Origin: Cyanophora paradoxa CCMP329
Lineage: Eukaryota > Plantae > Glaucophyta
Length of the DNA: 64,000 nucleotides
NCBI GenBank assembly: GCA_004431415.1
Contig: QPMI01000093.1
Coordinates: 62,001 to 126,000 of the forward strand
Reading direction: 5' to 3'
In this document: one piece after another, positions 58,096 to 64,000 of the stretch
Position numbering within the stretch: the first letter of the stretch is position 1
How the letters are laid out: every line of letters starts with the position of its first letter
Position numbers and translations under genes: made by a program
Notes under the pieces: generated by a model
Told to the model about the DNA's origin: nothing
The model's input: the letters and a program-made list of their open reading frames with translations, nothing else
The model's database searches: none

Positions 58096-59511
58096 TCAGA
58101 AGCGAGAGACTGTCGGCTCGATGGTGGCGGGTGGCGGCGGCTGCATTTGCATCTGGCTGGAGGTGGCCGGGGCCAACGGCGTGGCCGACTCAGGCGCGAG
58201 GGGCCCACGCTTTTTCACCTCCCGCGCGTCCTGGGCAAGCCTGCAAGTCACAGAGAAATGAGCAATGCGAGACTGGGATTATTCGCAGAAACGTCAGTTC
58301 TAACGGGACGCACGAGCAACAAGGACATATGCAGAACTTGATGGAGTCACAAAAGCAGGAGCAGATGCCAGCCTGCAGGGGGGTAAAAGTTCATGTCAAT
58401 TGTAATCAACTTCGGTCAAAAGGATATATAACAATAAAGGGTTGCCAGACCTCGAAACCATAGCCTTTGCGGATCCTCCTCCTCCAGCGGTTGCTATGCG
58501 CATTTCGTCGAGTCGGCATCAATCAAAATTTTGCAAACGTCCTGGAGGGGCCGGGTCGCCACTAGTACTCACCCACAGATCTGCGAGAGCGGGGCCGGCG
58601 CCCGGCAGCCGACTGTAAGACACGGCCTCGCGCGCCGGCGCCCTGAGCCTGGCCAGGCCTACTATGATAGGGCGCGACACGCACGATGCAGCCGCCGAGG
58701 ACGCAGCAGGGAGGGCAGAAGCAGAACAACGCCTTGCATCTGTGCAGGCAATATTGAACCGAATAGCCTAGTGCACGTTGCAGATGTGGCGTGTTTATGT
58801 CGAGGGCCGGATCGTTTTTACCCCTCTTTTGTGCAGTCGGAGCCATCGAGAGCCTCAGCTGTTATAAAGTATAATTATGAACAGGGGCAGCGCATGGGTG
58901 CAAATCGGCACAGGGGCAGCGCGTGGCCCAGTGGCAATCGGCGGGGGGATGATGTATATACGAGATATATGTACCTGTCCATCCAACCTGCACATGGCGC
59001 AAGCTAAATAGGTGAACTCAGAATCAAATGAAATAAGCAAACGGTATCGCGCTACTAGGCTACAGTAGTACGCGTGCTAAGAATGTATACGTAAAAGTTC
59101 AGTGATTTCTCCCAGATCTGGGGAGCTTATAATTACCTGGACACAAGGTATGCAGAACGAAGCGAGGCCTGCGCATGCGCAACGGACGGACTGGCATGTC
59201 AGAATTCAGTACCGCAGTGCCACGGCGATCGACTGCGCATGCAATATAACTGTGCACGGCTCGAGCTCTAGATCTCACGCCAGGATCGGATGCGAGCCCA
59301 CTAGTATACTATGATAGCATATATGCACGCCGCAACGCCGCGCCGGATATGGCGTTAGGTATTCGGCGCGGCCTGACGGCGCTTGACGACAGAATATTAA
59401 ACAGGCGCTGCGCGCAGGGACCGCAGGCGCTGCCCGCGCAATTGCTCACGCACAAATCGAGCAGTCTGAGCAGCAGCCACAAAGGCTGTTCGAATAATCT
59501 TCCTTTGGCAT
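58096..59511 (-). CDS. PLAC8-family (cornifelin/PCR/CNR-like) cysteine-rich membrane protein, 9 exons
   Basis: Exons 59511-59454, 59168-59137, 58987-58975, 58858-58822, 58739-58685, 58580-58573, 58493-58451, 58372-58314 and 58240-end give YSNSLCGCCSDCSICLASFCIPCVQVG...RWRRRIRKGYGFE...CDSIKFCICPCCSLAQDAREVKKR, the PLAC8 signature. A probable 1-bp deletion near 58200 shifts the tail (stop at 58096 if corrected, 58059 if not). Confidence 0.9.
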
Positions 59512-60539
59512 CCTGCTGCTAATGCGCTGCAGATAATGCTGCTGCTAGCTATGCTGCCTCCAGGCTTCTGTTGTTGCCGCAGTACTAGTGATGCAGTACA
59601 AGCTATACCGGACCTATTACCGTAGTACCGGTACTATGATACGCATTGAGAGCTAGTGCTGAGACTCACTGCTGAGGCGCCAGCCTGCAGCCTCCAGGCT
59701 GCAGCCTGCAGCTGCTGCCAGGCTGGGCCGGGCCGAAAACATTCCGAAGTTCCGACGGTTCAAAAAGCCTTGCAATCGACGTCCGACGGTCCGACGGTCG
59801 GGCTTCACCGAGTCAAAATAGTCACTGTCTAAGTCTGTCTTCGTAAGTGGCACTGTGGCAGTGCTATTATATAATTTTGATATATTCAATGATTTATCAC
59901 GTGCACTGCCACTGGTCCGCCAGTGCCACCAGCCTGCCAAGCTGGCACTGCGCATGCAGCTGCAGCAGGCGTATCTCGCCGTATCATAGTATATATCAAA
60001 TATATCATTTATTAGTTACATCATCATCATGGCATTTTACATGTTACATAGAGCTGCGGCTCAAGCTCGAAGCCCCCGGCTCGAGCCAGGCTCAGCCAGC
60101 TCGCGATCGAGTCGACCCGCCCCAGCCTCGAGCCGTATGGGGAGGGGTACCCCAGCCCCGAGCCGGCGCCGGTGCCTCGATCGCGAGCTCTAGATCGATA
60201 TCGATCACTGAGTCATCGGATATCTCCCGGCCCCCCCGGCCCCCCCGGCCGGGCCCGTGGCCGGCGGGCTCTAGGCCTCGAGCTCCCGGGCCCCCGGCCG
60301 CGGCTCGAGCCCCGACTGGCCCAGTGGCCGCCGACCGGCTCGCCGAGTCGAGCTACAGTAGCCCGACCGGCTCGCCGAGTCGAGCCTCGGAGCCGGAAGA
60401 ACGGCCGGCTCGAGCCGGGCCCGCTCAGCGGCTCGAGCCAGGCCCGCTCGAGCCGAAGATCTACTACTAGGCTAATCTAGTACTTGTACGGTATATATAT
60501 ATATAGCAGTAGTAAAACTTGATTGCAGACCTTCGAATT

Positions 60540-60880
60540 CATGTAGACTCTCTGAGATGAATTTCGGAATTTCGAAACTTTAAATCATGAAAGGCCCCAA
60601 GTGAAATGTGTAAACTTGGAAGATGATTGGACTGTCTCGGAAGCTTGCAAGATGAAAGGCCGCCGGGCGTAACCAAGTTGTTGTTCTTATCGAAACGCTT
60701 CGTCTCATATGCACCTGCAGCCTTCAGGTGCCAGCCTTGCAGCCTAAGTTGCAGGCTGCACACGTGCAGCGCGGCCTGCACCGTAGGCTGCACGCAGCCT
60801 CAGGCTGCAGGCTCAGCGGCTGCCAGGCTGCAGCCTGGCAGCTGCAGCCTGCAGCCTGCACCATGCATATGGCCAGCCAT
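60540..60880 (-). repeat. Dispersed repeat, inverted partner of 52640-53100
   Basis: See partner. Confidence 0.8.
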
Positions 60881-61883
60881 AAATTATAAATCAGTTTGGT
60901 AACTTATAGTAAGTTAGTACCGGCTAAATTCAGGTAAGTTTGACGGTTGATTTCGAATTCAGGCTGCATGCATGCGCAGGCTGCATGCAGAGTCATTGCA
61001 GACTGCAGTCTGCAGCCATATGCCGCAGTGCAATATATATATACTATGATAATATGCATATACTACAGTGTGATATTATCATAGTATATACTATGCTACC
61101 GTAGTACCGTGATACTATGATATTGTTCATTGGTCCGGCGGCCAGCGCCGGCCACTGGCCCGGCGGCCAGTTGCCACTCTCGAAGCATCCGGATCCGATG
61201 AGTCGGCGATGACTCGAGCTCGGCGATGAGTTCATCTCCAAATTACCGGTAGACTCCAATGATGAGTCATTGGTGACCAGCGTAGTGGCCACTCAGTGAC
61301 TGGCCGGCCGCGCATGGTAAAGTGGCAATATGCATGCGCGGCAGTGCATCCGCGCATTGTGATTGGCCAACTCTATTATTATTTGCAAATTCAATGATTA
61401 AGCAAGCTGCAGCGGAGCTGCAGGCTGCAGCCTGCAGCCTGCGGGCCCGGGGCTGCAGCGCCTGCAGCTGCAGCCCCGGGCCCGGCGGCCCCGGCCTGCA
61501 GGCTGCAGCTTGTAAGTTGACGTTGCAAGTTACTTGCAAGTTGCAACTTGCATGCAACTTGCAACTTGGCAAGCCTTGCCAAGTTGAAGTACAACCATTG
61601 AACGGTACACTCGGTACTAGTAATATTGCAGTTTCCGACTCGTTCGAATTCCCGCCAATTTCCCGGGCCGAGTTCCGAAGTTCGTTTCAAATTTGCAATC
61701 AATGTTTTAATATTGCGGCTCGGCTGGAACAGCATGCACATCCGGGCCGTGCGGCTCTTACCGTACTAGGGCCTGCACTGGCAGGCTGCAGCTGGCAGAC
61801 AGTGGCAGTCAGTGACTGCAGCTGCCGCCGGGCACTGGCCCAGTGGGCCAGTAGTACCAGTAGTACTAGTATCCAGTCACTGA

Positions 61884-62204
61884 GGCCGAAAACCGGATAC
61901 CGGCCGATTCGGTGGTTATCCAAGTCTCTTTCCGAACTCGGGACTTGAGTGTTCGGGTCTTTACCGGGTCCTAGCATGGAATGTGGAGACTTGGAATCGA
62001 GCTCGATTCCACGAACAGTCACCAAGGCGATGAGCTCAAAATTTTGACGCGGTTACTATGGCAACCGCGTCAGGGGCCCAACGACCGAAGCGACCAAGTG
62101 CCAAAAAAATGATGTCATGGCCCTTTCGGTCGTTAACAAGTACCAGCTCTTTTGCATTGAGGGACTTGAGAAAGTACCGTCTCTAGCGTATCCGGTTTTC
62201 GGCC
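61884..62204. mobile_element. PIF/Harbinger (Tourist)-like MITE
   Basis: 17-bp perfect terminal inverted repeats ggccgaaaaccggatac / gtatccggttttcggcc, flanked by a 3-bp TGA duplication (61881-61883 and 62205-62207). No ORF. Confidence 0.8.
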
Positions 62205-62589
62205 TGAGTACCCGCTCCGCACTGCGGCAGGCTGCGCATGCAGGCTCACTGAGTCAGGAAGTGGCTGCCAGTGCATGCACATGCGTTGTACTACAGTACC
62301 TAGATCTGCCGCAGACTGGCCGCACGCGGCAGTATCGTAGTACTAGTAGTAGTCTAGTACTATTAGTACTACGTACTACGGTATATTATATAACGTCCTA
62401 CGTATACGCCGTGTGACGGGCGTACGGCAGGCTGCAGCTGCCCAGTGCCCGCGGCCGGTCCCAGAAAGCGCTGCACTACTGTGCTAGCGCTGTCTGCTTG
62501 CCTCGCCTGGGCTCAGCGGTACTAGCTATAGTCTTCTTCGGCGCCGGGGCACGACCCACGGCCCGGCGGTTTAACGTTGCCGGTCAACG

Positions 62590-64000
62590 ATGGTGAAGTT
62601 TAGGTGGCATCGCAGCAAAGAAGAACGCAAGAAGAATGCTTCGCATCCGACCGCGATCGATGAACAGCTATCGGTACCGGTGCGCTCGCGCTCGCGCATT
62701 TTCACGCGCATATGTATGCACGCCGGAGGGCATATTATAGATCTGCCGTAGATCAGGGCACGTCTCGATCGATCTCATGGCCTCTAAAAATGCTCGCTTG
62801 CGCAGGAGTTTCAGCAGCGCCCACGGGATCGGGACGCTGGCGAACCGCAGGCCACGGCCGTGGCTGGGGAGAGCGGCCTCGTTGTGGTGACAATCAACGA
62901 TCCACCCGTACACGCTACACGGGACGAAAAGGCGCTGGACCCCGAAGCCATGCAAATGCCCGTGCAAATGCACACATCTTCGGATATGGTATCAGCTTCA
63001 GCGCTCAGCGAGCTCGAGCCGAAAGCTCGCGGCAAGAGACGGGATTATTCCAGTGCACCGCTTCCCGATCCCCGCCCTGAAAAGCAAATCCAGTTCCACG
63101 ACGCGTGCGTCCACGATTTTCTTTATGTATGGTCGTCTTCGACAACATATATATCACTATATATCTTGACCTTCGGTTGGCCACAGTGCCGTCAGCTACG
63201 CCCGATCCTTCACCAGCGGGAAAGTGGCGACGCCCTCCGTTACAAATGCGCCCTTTGCCGCAACCCTCGCTCAAGGCCTTCAACGCTTCGGGTTGAGAGT
63301 GTGTATAATTTCATTTTATCAACGTCCATGCGCGCACATGGAAACTGAATCGACTTATAGACATGGTACGACAAAAAGAAGAAGGCCGATCATGGAGGAG
63401 GTATTGCGAGTGTGCAGCACCAGAAGCGGATCTCAGCAGCTATTGAGGGATGTGAATGTTTCATCGTTGTCGCGACAAAAGGTGCCCATTACCGTATCTG
63501 CATTTTATGACCTCGAAAGACGCAACATTTCACTGACCTTCGCCTCGAATAGAATGGTTCCGGTCACCGTGCGTTTCGCTTTTATCTCGCATGCTCGACT
63601 ACAACTCCCCCCCTCCCCCCTAACCCCAACTCCAATCCCTTGCTTTGTATGCTGGCCTGATCAGAAGGGGTGTTGACAGGGCTTGCCTCGTCGAGCTCGA
63701 CCACGCGGTTTGGCTCGGGCGCAAGATTGTCGCACTGTCAATTGGAACAAGTGTCCGCACGGCAGCGTCAGCCATTGGCACGGCCGAGGCGCGGGCTGCT
63801 GCTGCTATTCTGTCGAAGCACATGCAGATCAGCGTGAAGGAGTTGAGAGGAGCTGACCTTGCCCGAGTTCTGGATCGCCTAGCAGTGACGATTCGGGTCA
63901 GCCTTCAATGCTCTACTTGCACTCAATATATATATTATATACAGCGGACATCACGACGGATCTGATGCTGATTTCAACCGCAGCCCCAGGGAGCGTCAGT
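62590..64000 (+). CDS. TIR-domain protein paralogue (TIR-B), 5' part; runs off window end
   Basis: Exons 62590-62679, 62806-63104, 63187-63298, 63361-63481, 63553-63568, 63680-63896 and 63984->end have the same intron positions and phases as TIR-A. TIR1 is FHDAAVSYAR..LAQGLQRFGLRTWYD..ISAAIEGCECFIVVATKEWFRSPACLVELDHAVWLGRKIV. Confidence 0.88.

Overview
This is eukaryotic, GC-rich, intron-dense nuclear DNA with short GT(GC)-AG introns and many micro-exons, so most real genes are invisible in the six-frame ORF track. A plastid-type RelA/SpoT homologue points to a photosynthetic protist or alga; glaucophyte-like is my inference only. Layout: (1) 1-9400 holds two near-identical L1/Tx1-like non-LTR retrotransposons, tail-to-tail, forming an ~8 kb palindrome. 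(2) 10.1-35.8 kb holds three minus-strand orphan coiled-coil genes, each preceded by a copy of the same ~2.2 kb module, plus minisatellites and a long hairpin. (3) 36.3-41.1 kb holds a REX1-B-domain gene and an RSH gene. (4) 41.7-46.5 kb holds diverged direct repeats and an RNase H retroelement relic. (5) 46.8-64 kb is the most interesting part. Manual splicing recovers a 27-exon, ~898-aa tandem TIR-TIR, single-pass membrane protein. It has cytosolic N-terminal TIRs with both catalytic glutamates, a bacterial-type post-TIR helical linker and a Ser/Tyr/Asp-rich C-terminal tail. A divergently oriented paralogue starts at 62590 and runs off the window end. Between the two lie a small secreted Cys-rich GPI/TM protein and a PLAC8-family protein. 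The paralogues have diverged N-terminal halves but become 100% identical, intron included, right after the first TIR. All gene models were built by hand from splice signals and frame continuity and need RNA-seq confirmation.
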